DNA from: Microthyrium microscopicum
Taxonomy: Eukaryota
Direction: 5' to 3'
Assembly: GCA_010405405.1 (NCBI GenBank)
Contig: MU004246.1
Coordinates: 186,001 to 250,000, forward strand
DNA: 64,000 bases
Shown here: piece after piece, positions 51,207-64,000 of the stretch
How positions within the stretch are numbered: the first letter of the stretch is position 1
Layout of the letters: the number at the start of each line of letters is the position of its first letter
The notes under the pieces: model-generated
The model's database searches: none
What the model was told of the DNA's origin: nothing
The model's input: only the letters and a program-made list of their open reading frames with translations
Position numbers and translations under genes: made by a program

Positions 51207-53841
51207 GGGACATGCAAAGAGGATATGGAGAGGAGAGAGAAAAAGATTATGTGGCGAACGGAAAGGACGAGACCAATCAATTAGGAGCGGTGAATTGCGG
51301 CAGAGGAGATTATCGGAATTGCCTCGAGATGGATAATACGAGAGGATAGCCGAAGCGATAGGAGACAGATTGAGAAGCTGACGCTGAAGCAATAAAGCGT
51401 AGCGAAGCTGATTTTGAGAGGATTGGGTATTATGCGATATTCTTGTTTTTGATCTTGTCAAAGGAGTAGTTGGATGTATTTGTCGGGAATGGGGAATTGT
51501 TTGGAACCTTTTTCAATCGGTGAGCTCTAGGAACCAAAAAAAGTAAAGCTCGCCGGACAAGGGCACGGGAGACGGTTTACCTTTACCCGTTGCTGGCGGC
51601 CAATGATCAGTTGGACCAGAAGAAAGAGTGTCACAACACCAACGCCGCGCTTGGGAGAAAAGAGGGATTAGAATTAATTAGGATGGTGATAGAGGAGTCA
51701 AGGCGGTTGGGAGTATATAATTCTGAAAAAGTAGTGAGGCAGGACCGGAGAATGAAACGGGGGAAGGAGCAAGCCGAATATGATTGAATTGGGAAGCCGC
51801 GACGGATCTGACGGGGAAGGAACGTTGGTACCGAAAACTTCTGTTGAAACGCAACATGCTAGCGTGCCTATTTGGGTCACGGTCCCACTAAATTTAGCGG
51901 GCGTCGCCCCTACTAGTCACTGCAGCTTACCCCTATAGAGGCTTATTTTAGGGCCCTTCAGTAGTCTTTTGCAAGGTATTTTAAAGTAGTAAAGACAGTA
52001 AGTAATCCACATTTAAAAGAAAACTATCCCTATTAAAACCTTTCATAACCCCTTTTGCCCCATCTAGCGCAAGCCCAAAAGCCTTCTCTGATCCAAATAG
52101 GCACGCTAGCATGTTGCGTTTCAACAGAAGTTTTCGGTAAAGCGCAGAGCGTTCCTGCGCCCAAAGTCCGAGGTGCAGTGGGTGCAGTGGGTGCATGAGC
52201 CATACACTAGCGTCGGTCCCGATGTCTTTTGGGAGCTTTGACTTTGACTTCAACAACCTTATCAAACTCGATATCAAATGAATCTCAACGTTGAAATGAA
52301 ACTGATCCATGAAACTCTTTCCAAATGGTCTATTTGTTCCGCATTTCGCCTGCCTTGCATGGTCAACATGGAGTTGAACGAGCTGTGTCGCCGTGTTCTT
52401 CCACATTGTCTTTCAACAGCTTGCCTCCAGCAACCATTTCATATCCACTCTGATATCAGAAGGTGGACAAGGCTGGCAGCATTGGGCAAAGTTGCAAGGA
52501 AGTCGAGGAGAAGATCGGAGTTTGGCCGCAGCTCTCCCTCACTAGATCCCGAAGAAGAGATCCACCCAGCCTTGTTATTCCTTGTTCTTACTCTTAGGAG
52601 ACTCTATTTCGGATGCCCTCATTGGGTATTCCGTTTTATGTGCAGATCAAGATAGTTTCTTAAAAGTGGCAGCCCTGCGTCTCCCGAGATCCCTGTCTTG
52701 ATGCCAGTGTGTCGTGCCTGCCACCCTGAAGATAGCAACTGATCGTCCATAATAATTGGACTGTTGCTTTACATTGTACAGGAAGATAGAGAAAACTTAC
52801 CTATCCATCAATATCAATATCAACTAGGCATATCTTCTCATTATTGCTATCTGTATCCCTACAACTTCATCAAGGACAACTACTAGTGCATTGGCTTATC
52901 TGACAAAGCTTACTCCCAACGTCTCCAAATTCAAAGCAACACTGCCAATCTGACATAACCCGTTTGACCTACTGTATCCCTACAATAGGTACCCAGCCAG
53001 CCTAATCGTTTCTGTGCCTGACACTAATTGGTACACTCGTCTTAGCCACTCCTACCAACGTCTATCACCATGTCTATTCTTAGCTCTGACTTATCGTCAA
53101 TTTAACCACCACACCTTCAGCCTCAGTAATCAGCCTCTAACCTCTGCTGCTGCGATTATGTACACTTCCCAATCGGCATCAATACCGTTGCAGCTTCATC
53201 GTCCAAAAAGGCACCCCGGTCTATCCATCCGAAACGGCTCTCCGCCGCCCGGACCACCAGACCCTTTGAACTTCGGCCGACGGCAATGCACTTCAATCAT
53301 GAACAAACGTCAGCTATTTTTATTTAAAGATACGGATCTTTCGAATTGCTTCTTCTACTTCTTTCTACATCGCAGTTCAGCTTGTCTGCGCTGTTTAACC
53401 AAGTGATAGCCCAAACACCTTCTTTGATAGCCGTGCTGTCTCTTTACTGTTCGTATCCGATGGCCGTAGGGAGACTCGACAGATTTATCAAAGCGTCAAA
53501 TTACGTAGGCGGCTGAGAATAAAACTCCTTTGTTTCAACTTCCTTTCCGCCCCACGCGATCTGTTTGGGAACAATTTCACGACATACATCAAACTGCATG
53601 TTGGTCTCAAGATTGACTTTGATTTGTCTCTGTCGATACTAGACACAGAAAGAAGCTCGGTTGATGTTCAAGTACAGCGTTGGTAGAGTATATTCCAATA
53701 GCAAGAGTGCGCACGCGACCAGCGATCTTGCTTCATTGATAGTCTTCATACAATATTACGAATATAAGCATGGAGGATATGCGAGTTATACACATTTAAT
53801 CGCAGTCCATCATATCCATCGCAGTACGTGAGTTCACACGA

Positions 53842-56155
53842 CTAAAACGCCTGCCCACTCAACAACCGATCCCACTGAACCCACTCACTCGGCTCCAAAT
53901 CAAACGACAACAAATCCGAAAAATCACAACTAGCAAACGGCTCAGCAGCATTGCCAGAGACTACATCCGTCCCCCCCAGATCGCTTTTCTCCCCATCAAC
54001 AACCCCATCGCGCCTCGCCCGGCTCTCCCTTAACCTCACAATAAAGCCAGGCGTATCCAACTCACCACCAATATTCCCCATCCCTTCCTTCCTCTGCTCA
54101 TTCCCCTGCTCGTCCCTCGCACGCTCATTATCTCTCGCATCCTTACATTCCTCCCAAACCTGCAGCGTCCACTGCCCCAACGCCGCATAAAGTTCTTCCG
54201 TAGTCTCAGTGAATGCTTGCGGGAAATTTGTGAACAGGCTGCCAATAAGTTGCCACACCCGATCAATTTCTGGCCCAATCTTGCGATGTCGTGTCTCAAT
54301 AAGAACATAGAGTAACGTATCCCAAATATGACTCGCACTAACATACGGAATAAATTTCCGCAAACTCGGCGTCGTCGGCACCAGAACTACATATTTTAGC
54401 AATTTCGTGCCATTGACAAAAATAACATCGCGAACTGATGGCGGCACTTTCAAGTTTGCGTCAGCGAATTGGCGTGGATTGTGGGTGACGACGCGCATTT
54501 TACAGATTGACGAACGGATTATTATGGAGGCGAAATGGTGGAGGGAGTTTGATGGGTCGCAGTGCCGGAGGTAGTGGGATTCGAGAAAGTCTTGGATTTC
54601 ATTGATGATTTCATCTTTGCGTTCGAGGCTGATTTTGCTGTCGGCGAGTCCGCCCCAGCGTGCGTCGCTGGATTCGAAGGAGGTGAGTTGGCAGAGGAAG
54701 CTGATGATTTTGGTGCGTATTAGGCAGAGGATGCCGGATGTTATGCCGGTGCGTTCGGGTGGGAAGGTGGTCATTTCGGGGCTGATGTCTTCGTCTTCGA
54801 TGTTGAGGGGTGATTTGGCATCGCTGAGGAAGAGGTCGGTGGATGGCTTTGTGCCGGAGAAGTCGGAGGCGCGGCAGTCGCTGTGGACGATATGACACCA
54901 TAAGCGTCTTCGCATTTCCGTTTCAAAGGGAGAGAGGCCTAGGAGGGTGCCGTCGCGGTGGAGGCCGATGCGGCGACCGATTCGAACGGCTATACCGGAG
55001 AGGATGAAGGTGGAGTCGTCGTCGCCGTAGGAGAAGTTGCTGCGTAGGCCATACTAGTTGTGTTAGGGGGTGAGAAGCTGGAGCGACTCTGTTGGGGCTT
55101 ACAAGATATAGTGTAAAGGCTTGGAGTGTAATCATACTCGATGTTTTCATGAATCCGGCATTAATGAGCGCCTGACGTGCAGCAAGTTTATATCGTGAAA
55201 ATAGCGCGGCTCTCGCCTCGCCCAACATGCTTTCGCATTCGTCTTCTTCCAGAGATGCTGCGACCGCAAAGTAGAACGCAAAGATGACAGCCTCTTCATG
55301 TCGAGGGATGCTGTGCGGATTTTGGACAGCTCTTGATACTGTTTGCCAAAAGGAAGGAGTGTGCAGCACTTTGGTGATCGGATCGACTCGCTCTATGAAT
55401 ATTTCCCACATCTGTTGAAGTGTTCTGTAAACCGGATGAAGGTCTGCGAGACCTTTGAGGCCAGTACTGGAGTCAATACCTAGCACAAGGTCATGTTGGA
55501 GACCTTCTGCAGATGAAATGCGCACATCAGATATAGGGAGTCTTGATTCGACGATGCGTTTAACGGCGGAGGTTTGTTCAGGCTGTTGGAACTATGGATC
55601 TGGTCAGATAACATCTCTGGACTGGAAAGGCTCCCAAGGGAAGCATATATGATACTTACTTCAGTTCCCACATGGGACCAAAGACCGCTGTTGGTATAAG
55701 TTAATTCCAGTCTAGTAGCAGTCCAGGCAGGATTGTACATACCCGTCAAAATACCGTGTCGATTCCTTATTAGTAACAAGCCTTTTCTTGTTTCCATAGA
55801 AAAAGGAAGGATCACTGATTTTCGTATTTTCCAAACTTGGGCCTCTATGTGATGCTGCATCTGATTCTGAAGCTTTTTCTGTATCTGAGCGATCATCATC
55901 GACGTTGGATGGCTCGATTTCTGCACCATGTCCCAGTGACTGCAAGAGTTTCTCATATCGTCTTAATTTGGCATGGAGTCCTTCCGTGGGCAGCTTAGTC
56001 CTTTTCCGCTTACCACGAACTGGAGCTATGAAGCTACATTGAGTTGATGTTTTGGTGCAATTCGAGCAGGGGTTTTGTCGGTCGCATTTCACCTTTCGTT
56101 CGCGACATTTCAGGCACGAAAAGTTCTTTGAATCTTCTTTCGTGTCGTGCGACAT
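53842..56155 (-). CDS. Zn(II)2Cys6 transcription factor with fungal-specific TF domain (multi-exon)
   Basis: SCLKCRERKVKCDRQNPCSNCTKTSTQC; FIERVDPITKVLHTPS; AVRIGRRIGLHRDG..LGLSPFETEMRRRLW; several GT-AG introns. Confidence 0.9.
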
Positions 56156-56475
56156 TGCTCAGACCAGAGACCTGATGGATATAGAAAAGAAACCGAGCAA
56201 ATGTCAACATGGGAGAGTTGTAGGCACGTCACGAAAAAGTTCGGGGCTCGGAGGCGAGAAAGTGGATTTTGAACCCCGAGCTTCGACTCCTCCCACAAGG
56301 GGCCTCGCTGAAGAGCCATCACCTTGATACCGACAACACCGAAGAACAGAAAATTCTGGTATATATATCTTCGGCAACAGAACAGAAAACATGGCTTCCA
56401 TTTACCATTCATTATTTGCCAGATTGGCTCCCGACAGCTCCCATCCGCATAATCTGATAATCCCACTTTTCAACA

Positions 56476-58300
56476 ATGTCGAACACTCCCACCAAAGATC
56501 TCCGACAAGATGACTCTACCGAGTACCCCAGCACTGCTAAACGTATCGCTATAATAACAGTTATGTACATGTCTATATTTCTAGTCACATTGGTAATTTT
56601 CTCTTTCCTCTCCTACGTTCTCTTCTTCATTATATTCTGAATTCTAAATTGATACTAGGATCAAAACGTTATATCAACAGCTATCCCTCGAATCACGGAC
56701 GAGTTCCACTCACTGAATGACATTGGATGGTATGGAAGTGTATATCTTCTCACCACTGCCAGTTTCCAATTGGTTATGGGAAAGATCTTCAAGTTCTATC
56801 CTGCTAAACCACTCCTTCTCGGCTTCATCACGATATTCGAGATTGGATCAGCTATATGCGGCTCGGCTCCAAGTTCAGTTGTATTTATTGTTGGCCGGGC
56901 AGTGGCTGGTGTTGGCGCTGCTGGAATGTTTTCAGGAATCATGGGTGAGTTTACATTAAATTAGCATACTCGTTGGCCTTGGTGGTCTACGATCTTTGCA
57001 TTTGCTTGACATGGACTGACATTAGTGTCTAGTGGTTATGTTCCATACAATTCCTCTCAAGCAACGCCCGATATTTCAAGGGGCCTTTGCTGCGATCTTT
57101 TCGGTTGCGTCTGTTGTCGGTCCCTTAGTGGGAGGAACACTCACGGACAAGGTTACTTGGAGATGGTTTGTTTGAAATTTACCGATACATGGATGACTTC
57201 AAGCTAATAGATTGGATAGGTGCTTCTACCTCAATTTACCTGTGGGGGCAGTGACAATTATAACTACCGTCTTGATCCTGCACCTACCAAATCAAAAACT
57301 TGATGCTCAAGCAACAGGATGGGTTGCAAAACTCAAGCAACTCGATCCACTAGGCAACCTGGTCTTCTTCCCAGGAATCATATGTCTGCTACTGGCTCTT
57401 CAATGGGGAGGAACTCAGTACTCATGGAAAAATGCTCGCATAGTTGTGCTTCTTATCCTCTGTGGGCTCCTCTGTATTACCTTCGTCGGGATACAAATCT
57501 GGAAACAAGAAAATGCCACTGTTCCCCCTCGTATCGTTAAACAACGTAGCATTGCAGCAGCCTTATGGTTTGGATTCTTCAATGGAGCTGGCATGATGAT
57601 GCTGATGTATTATCTGCCCATCTGGTTCCAAGCCATCAAAGGTGCCAGCGCCATCAAATCCGGAATCATGTTACTTCCACTCGTACTCTCCAGTGTCATC
57701 AGCGCCATGGCCTCTGGCATATTCGTTTCCAAAGTCGGCTATTATGCTCCCGGCTTCCTCTTTTGCTCAATGACGACTGCGATTGGAGGTGGACTACTCA
57801 CGACCTTGACTCCGGAGAGTGGACATGCCGAATGGATTGGCTACCAAGTACTTATCGGTATTGGCCTAGGCTGTGGTATGCAAGGGCCAATGACTGTGGC
57901 TCAGACTGTTTTGGACCGCAAAGATATTGCTACTGGATCCTCTGTTGTCCAGTTTGCAAAACTTCTTGGATCAGCTATTTTCCTTCCTGTGGCTCAGAAT
58001 GTCTTTGTTAGTCATTTGATCTCAAAGCTATCTAATCTTCCGGGTATCGACCCACAAGCTATCATAACCGCTGGTGCCACAGACTTGAAAAGCTTGGCCA
58101 CTGGGGCTGATCTTGAGCTGCTTATAGCAGACTACAACGCTGCTATTGTTAATGTGTTTTACGTTATGGTGGCCACATCCGCTTTGTCTATGCTTGGCAG
58201 CTTATGCGTCGAGTGGAAGAGCTTAAAAGCCAGAGCGAACGAACAGGAGAGTAAACCTGTTGATTCCGAGAAGGCTATGGAAGTGGAAAAGTCTGGCTAG
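56476..58300 (+). CDS. MFS drug/toxin efflux transporter (DHA2, 14-TM; AflT/GliA-like)
   Basis: [88 protein letters not shown]; three introns; divergent from the Zn2Cys6 gene. Confidence 0.93.
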
Positions 58301-58710
58301 AACTGCATCATCTTCGCCCAAGTGCCTAAAAACCCCATTTAATAGACTAGAAATCTCGCCACTCAATGATAATATTTAACTTCTCCTCAAACATGTCAGA
58401 TGCACATGACTGAAGCATCATCACGAATTTCGCTCTTGCTACAGTTCTTTCTTCACAAAGTTAACTCTCGACAAGCATCAATGATACCATGGCGAGATGA
58501 CCGATGGACTGATACGACCTTATCTCTTCTTGGCTCGACATCCCATGTCAATGAATACGAGCTCCTAAAAATAACCAACGAGGTCTCAAGCTGGCACTAT
58601 CAACCTTTCTTTATTTACAGTGCTACTTCTGTCAACTCCCCGTGCTCAGCCTACCTGTGTCACCACAACCTACATTTCTACATTCTTTAATTAACACAAA
58701 CTTCTTGAAC

Positions 58711-58980
58711 ATGACGATCTATTTCGTTACTGAACACTTCCCCGACGATCCTACTCCAATCTATGAACGCTTTCGCGAAAAAGGTCGTATGGCCCCTGAC
58801 GGTCTTGTCTACATCAACAGCTGGGTCACTACAGATTTGAAGAAATGCTATCAGACTATGGAATGTGAGGACCGTCGACTTTTGGATGAGTGGATGGCGC
58901 ACTGGAGTGATTTGGTGCGGTTTGAGGTTGTTGAAGTGTTGAGTAGTGCAACGGCAGCGAAACAGATTATGGGAGACTGA
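58711..58980 (+). CDS. Small intronless DUF3303-like protein (89 aa)
   Basis: YFVTEHF..DPTPIYERFREKGRMAPDGLVYINSWVTTDLKKCYQTMECEDRRLLDEWMAHWSDLVRFEVVEVLSSATAA matches the pattern I recall for prokaryotic DUF3303 proteins. Confidence 0.75.
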   Translation: MTIYFVTEHFPDDPTPIYERFREKGRMAPDGLVYINSWVTTDLKKCYQTMECEDRRLLDEWMAHWSDLVRFEVVEVLSSATAAKQIMGD

Positions 58981-59435
58981 GATGGACCTCGTCTTAGCTG
59001 AGAATCGAGGGTCCAGTTTCTGTTCACGGAATCAGTTTTGTTGGCCGGCAGGACGGGAGCGCTGTATGTTGTCACCGTACTAATATTAGAAGCTATCGTA
59101 CACACAACTTGGCAAAACCTGTACTTACCACTCGTACTACACAAGCTCCGCCTTATCATTTGTTCTTCCCAAATCTCGTACAACCCCAAGCAACTGATGA
59201 TGGCAGTGACGGCCATGAGGCAGATTGCGAGGATTTATAGACAACGCTGTTGGACTGATAATCGGATGATGAAACACGGGCGAGGCTGAGCAGCTATCAA
59301 TTATTTCTTTGTGCAGTTTTGTGCAGTTCTCGGTATAAATCCTCAAAGTTCTAGACTAGAATGTTGAATGCGCATTCTATAGTTTTCAATTGTCTACCAC
59401 TTCGCCATTCTATACTCAAAATCAATCTGAAAAAG

Positions 59436-60191
59436 ATGACCTGTTCGATCTCACGATTCTTTCTCGGTTTGACCATTGCATTAGCCATCACATCGTTGGC
59501 AAGTGCTGTTCCTTCCTCACTTGATAGCACAAACAGCCAGCTTGAATATGGGTTGAAGCATCTTCAAACTCGAGCTCTATATACTACAGCATATGGCCTG
59601 AATATGACAGAACTATTCCAGGTCCATCCACTACAAAAACGCTCAGCTGGACTTTTCTGGGGCCCACATACACTCGAAAACCTGAAGTTCTACATAACCA
59701 ATCCTCATGATGGATATGCTGGTCCCAAAGTTGGTAAGTGTTGCGCTTGATTCTTAAAATTCGCTCGGTGGCCGATGCATAGAACACTCGAACACCGAGT
59801 CCTCATTGCGTTTCGACATGAAAAATCATCCCCATTTGACTTCTGGCTGACTTTTCTAGGCAATCAAAATCATATCAATGTACACGTCGACAAAGCCGCC
59901 GATAGAGGCACATGGAAGCCCGTATTGAACCTTCATGTCTCAAAGTACAATCGCGGGAGCCAGCATTGTCTTTACGTTTGGGACAGTGTTACCGGCCGGG
60001 TGGTCTTTGACAGCTGCTTTGATGATTTTAAAACGACAGCTGAGAAGGCAATATCAGCAGCAAAAGATCTAGTCGAGGACTTATTGAAAAATGCGAACTT
60101 TATAGCAAAGGCTATTCTAATCGCTGCCTTATTGGCAGCTTTGATAGCTGTCGTGGCAACTTTGTCAGTTGGTGCTGTTGCGGTGGCCTAG
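59436..60191 (+). CDS. Secreted prepro-type protein with Kex2-like KR site and hydrophobic C-terminus (2 exons)
   Basis: Signal FFLGLTIALAITSLASA; pro-region ending LQKR; intron 59734-59859 (GTAAGT..GCTGAC..TAG); mature part NPHDGYAGPKVGNQNHINVHV..LNLHV..CLYVWDSVTGRVVFDSCFDD; tail ILIAALLAALIAVVATLSVGAVAVA. Confidence 0.78.
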
Positions 60192-60602
60192 GTACCTGGC
60201 ATCGTAGCAAGGAACGAGAAATAATGTGACGCTCCGGTCTGGAATGGGGATATAAGGTCCAATAGTGTTTTATCTTGAGAAAAGCAGAAGAAGGTTTCGA
60301 ATTGCTGGACTTTTTATACAACATGTTAAGCTAGAATAGTCTCATTTATGATCCACTGCTTGCTTCGTTCGAAGTCGGCAAACTTCAAGAGGAATATATT
60401 TAATAACATTAGCTAGAAGTCGAAGGATGGCAAAATGTTTTCTAATTCTAACTACTCCGTCTTTGAAAATCCGTAATGTTCCTTTCTCAGTCGCACCACC
60501 AACACCCATACGTCAATGATGGAGCATAGACTAATTCTATTCTCAATTTCTTGGAATGACAATCTTCCCATGCTTCGATTCATCGCTGTCTCTCGTATTG
60601 AC

Positions 60603-62288
60603 TTATGCTTTACCCATCGCAATCAACGCAAGCAAGGCGATGTTCATGACCGCAACCACCAACCACAATCCGACCGAAGAAATGGTCATAAGTAAACCAT
60701 TGGACATATCAACTCCCTGCTCATTTATCATCCTGGCTGTCACAGAAACACTATTCTTGCTCTTTTCGTCGATTCTGTCTGCAGATACCGTCATATACTT
60801 CTGTCGGCAGGTTATGTAAACCAGGGGAGCACTAATGACGGGCAAAAGAATGCTTAGGATGACTTGACTGCCAGTCAATGCATCCCCTAAAGCATCTTTT
60901 CCTCCCTTGGCGGCAATTGCAATTGCTGGAATGAGAGCGAGGATCCGAGTAATGAGTCTCATAACCCAAGGAGAAATCTTCCATTGCATGAATCCTTCAG
61001 TTGAAATTTGACTGGCCACTGTGCATACAATGCCGGCACTTATACCACTCATTAGGAGTGCCAAAGCAAAAACGATGCCAGCTGCTGGAGCAATTGTCTT
61101 GTTGAGCAGGTCGAAGATGCCGAAAAGGTCGGTGTCTGCTGCAGGGTTTCCGAACAACGAGGCGCCAGCGACAATGAGAATGGCACTGTTGACAAAAAGT
61201 GCAAATGTGAACAGCTGTACTGTAAGCTCGGCGATGGAGTATTTCATGCAAGAGTCGATTGCATTAAGTGTAGGACGGTATACGCCATTGTCGGTTTGCG
61301 TGACGTCGAGACCAGCATCTTCGTCGAACTTTTGAAGACGAGGTTGAACCATACCACTTCCTAGGAAAAGAGAATGTGGCATAACCGTGGCGCCGAGAAT
61401 ACCACATGCAAGATAAAGCCTGAAGGAGTAAGTATTTGTGCATACATGCGATATATGTATCTTACCCTCTTCCCTCTACCAAAGCTTTTGAAGGTAAATA
61501 ACCGAGGAAAACCTCTCCAACGTTGGTGTTTTTGAGAAGAGAAAGTTCAACGCAGAAGCTGACAACCACAGTCAAGACCAAGGCGGCGACAGCATATTCG
61601 AAAGCTTGAAGTCCTTTGGATGCTCCTTTGGGTCGGTAAAAAATGAGGACAAAGATGACATCCAGTATGGTAAGACCAACAGAAATGATAATGTTGACTT
61701 TGAAGAGAAGAGTTATAGCTATTGCAGTGCCAATAACCTGGTTGAAATGATCAGTAGCGTTCGAGGTCTGACAACTCAGATACGTACTTCTGCAAAATCT
61801 GTAGCAATAATTGCAATCTCACTAATGATATATAGAGAGATGAACATCCACTTGGGAAGATGTTCTCGGCAATTGTCTCCCAGTGACCCTCCCGTGACGC
61901 TACCCATCTTGATGCAAAGAGTTTGGAAAAAGATTGCAATCAAGTTACTTAACAATACCATGAAAAGGAGGCTGAATTTTGAGTCTGCACCAGCAGCAAT
62001 ATCGGTGGCATAGTTTCCAGGATCAATGTAGGCCACAGCGACCATAAAACCAGGTCCAATAAACTTCCCGAATTTCTTGATTGTTCGGCCGGCATGAGCA
62101 AGTTTGAGTAAAGCCACTTCGCGAGGTGGAAGCTTTCCTCGAGTTCCCATCATGACACTATCATCAGTAATGATCCGAGTTATGGTCCGACCATTCTTCT
62201 CAGCATCAAAAGAGAGGCGGTTGAGAGAATCATTGTCACTTTCGCGGCGTTCGACTTGTATCCCCGACTTCGCAAAAGATGGATCCAT
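60603..62288 (-). CDS. NRAMP-family divalent metal (Mn/Fe) transporter, Smf1/Smf2-like (start approximate)
   Basis: FIGPGFMVAVAYIDPGNYATD, EIAIIATDFAEV, GILGATVMPHSLFLGS, FALALLMSGISAGIVCT; introns ~61785-61738 and ~61465-61421. Confidence 0.93.
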
Positions 62289-64000
62289 TGTGTGATTGCC
62301 GTCTATGTTCTTGTTGGCCGGCCAGGAAGATATATGACGGTACAAAATGCACAATGAGATATCAATGAAAGAATGTGACCAGCACTTGAAGCTGCTGTAG
62401 ATTGAATTGAATCTAGTATATACACAACATATCATTTGGCCAAGAGACTGAATCTATAATTATCATATCAGCCAGGCTAGGTTCTCTTCGATCACAAACT
62501 GTTTCCATAATGAACACCGCTCAAAGATGCTATTCGTTTCTACAGAAAAGAAACCGACCCACGAGAGCAATGTTTTCTGTACCTATAAGGTAATTGTATA
62601 CAGCTTGGCTAGGGTGTGGATATCTAGGAGTAGATCTGGGCGAAGAGATAGCCTGACACTGCTGGTTTCAGATCTTGTGCGTTTAGTGATGGCGAACCAT
62701 TCTTTTCTTTGCGAATCAGTGAGCGGTGTAGTTTCAGAACCGCGGCAACCCCGCATATATATCTTCCTCATCAATTACTAGATCTGATAAAGAATTGTTT
62801 TGAAGCATTTGTCTGTATTGAGAGTCCTGTGCGAGCTCTTACTTTCCTCTGCGATCGCTTGTTGTACTCTACCAATAGTGCACGAAACCAATTCCAGCCA
62901 TTGTGATAGTAAAAGCATAATCATAAAAGATTATTCAATTAGTAAGAATAGTCGTTCAGTACTAATTACACACAATATCATCATAATCTTGCAGTGACAA
63001 CTGTCAAGGATTTGGACGTTTAACACGGTATCATCACAATCCCAAGAAGCCAAGTCGAGGACAAGAGATCAACAGAGCTTATTACCTTTAAATCTCAGAT
63101 CGCGATATCATCCAGTCGCGATTCAAGAGGTATGCCAAGGTCAATGCCTTGGCTGCGTGTCACAGCGTCGAGGTCAGAAACATTGGTGGAAGTCTATCAA
63201 GAACCTGAAACGCGAAGAGAAGAAGACCATTCTACATCACTTGACGATGGAAAAGAAAGTTAAATTCTCAAGAGCCACCACTAGGAAGAGAAGTACAGAA
63301 AAAGAAAATGATAGTGACACATTTCTTTATTGAATATGCACGCCGAATTTCTTTAGTATGATCTACATGTCAACAAGCATATTGCAGTTGAATCGAAGAT
63401 CTATTGGCTGAATATCATGCCTTTACTATTCAATGATGCTCTAGCGTGCTTCTGCTGCACGAAATGGATTGTGTTTTCAATTAGGCCTAAGTGGATTATC
63501 GAGACAAAATCTCCAGATTGTCATGCCAGAAGCGTAGCAAGGAACCATGCAACTACATGACATCGGCATAGTTATGACCAAATACTGGTCCCTGGATTCA
63601 TCCTGTCATACTTTGTATTGTCCTTTCTATATTCAAATTTCCGCATCATGAAGTCAAAGCGACCTTGGCTCTAAACACAATGTTGCAGCCAAGCTACAGT
63701 ATCCTTCCAATTTCAAGGTTTGCTCAAAATGTTATAGGAGACTTGAACCGCATTATGAGCAGTGTTTAACCATTCTTCCAATCGAAACCTTTTGTTTACT
63801 TGTACCTTTGACCTTCATAGCGCCTTTCAAAAATGCATCCTTCTAATGACAGCACAAACGAAAAGCCCTCTCTGGCAACGACAACCTCATCAACAAATCC
63901 GCAACAGTCTAGTGTCACGCCAATTGACGTTGGAACAGAGCCAAGTGGGAACAATGATATCCAACATGATTCAAAGATACCTGCCACCAGGTCTTCAAAT

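Noticed and set aside
62500..64000. Short ORFs at the window end; also tRNA/rRNA genes anywhere in the window
   Set aside because: No recognisable product, and no cloverleaf or rRNA-like sequence seen by eye. tRNAscan-SE/Infernal would be needed to exclude them.

Overview
Genomic DNA from a filamentous ascomycete (Pezizomycotina), judged from short GT-AG introns with CTAAC/CTGAC branch sites, fungal gene families and RIP-mutated repeats. Bases 1-~12730 are a very AT-rich block of two RIP-destroyed LTR retrotransposons: a Ty3/Gypsy chromovirus ending in a 3' LTR at 7171-7397, then a Ty1/Copia element ending at about 12727. The Copia end abuts, and appears to truncate, an ADP-ribosylglycohydrolase gene. 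The rest is GC-balanced and gene-dense. It holds housekeeping genes (CCDC97-like, OXA1, complex I NDUFS6, SND2/TMEM208, ACC1, NRAMP), two Zn2Cys6 regulators, an MFS pump, an SDR, a Clr5-domain protein, an AAA+ ATPase and several orphans. Most notable: a spliced Cys/His-motif gene broken by two in-frame TAG codons near the RIP block; a CENP-B/pogo-type DNA-binding protein with no transposase catalytic domain; an intronless, bacterial-looking DUF3303-like gene beside a prepro-type secreted protein; and a secreted gene with a duplicated domain behind a single TGA. Family calls come from manual motif recognition, not database searches, and splice sites were inferred by eye.
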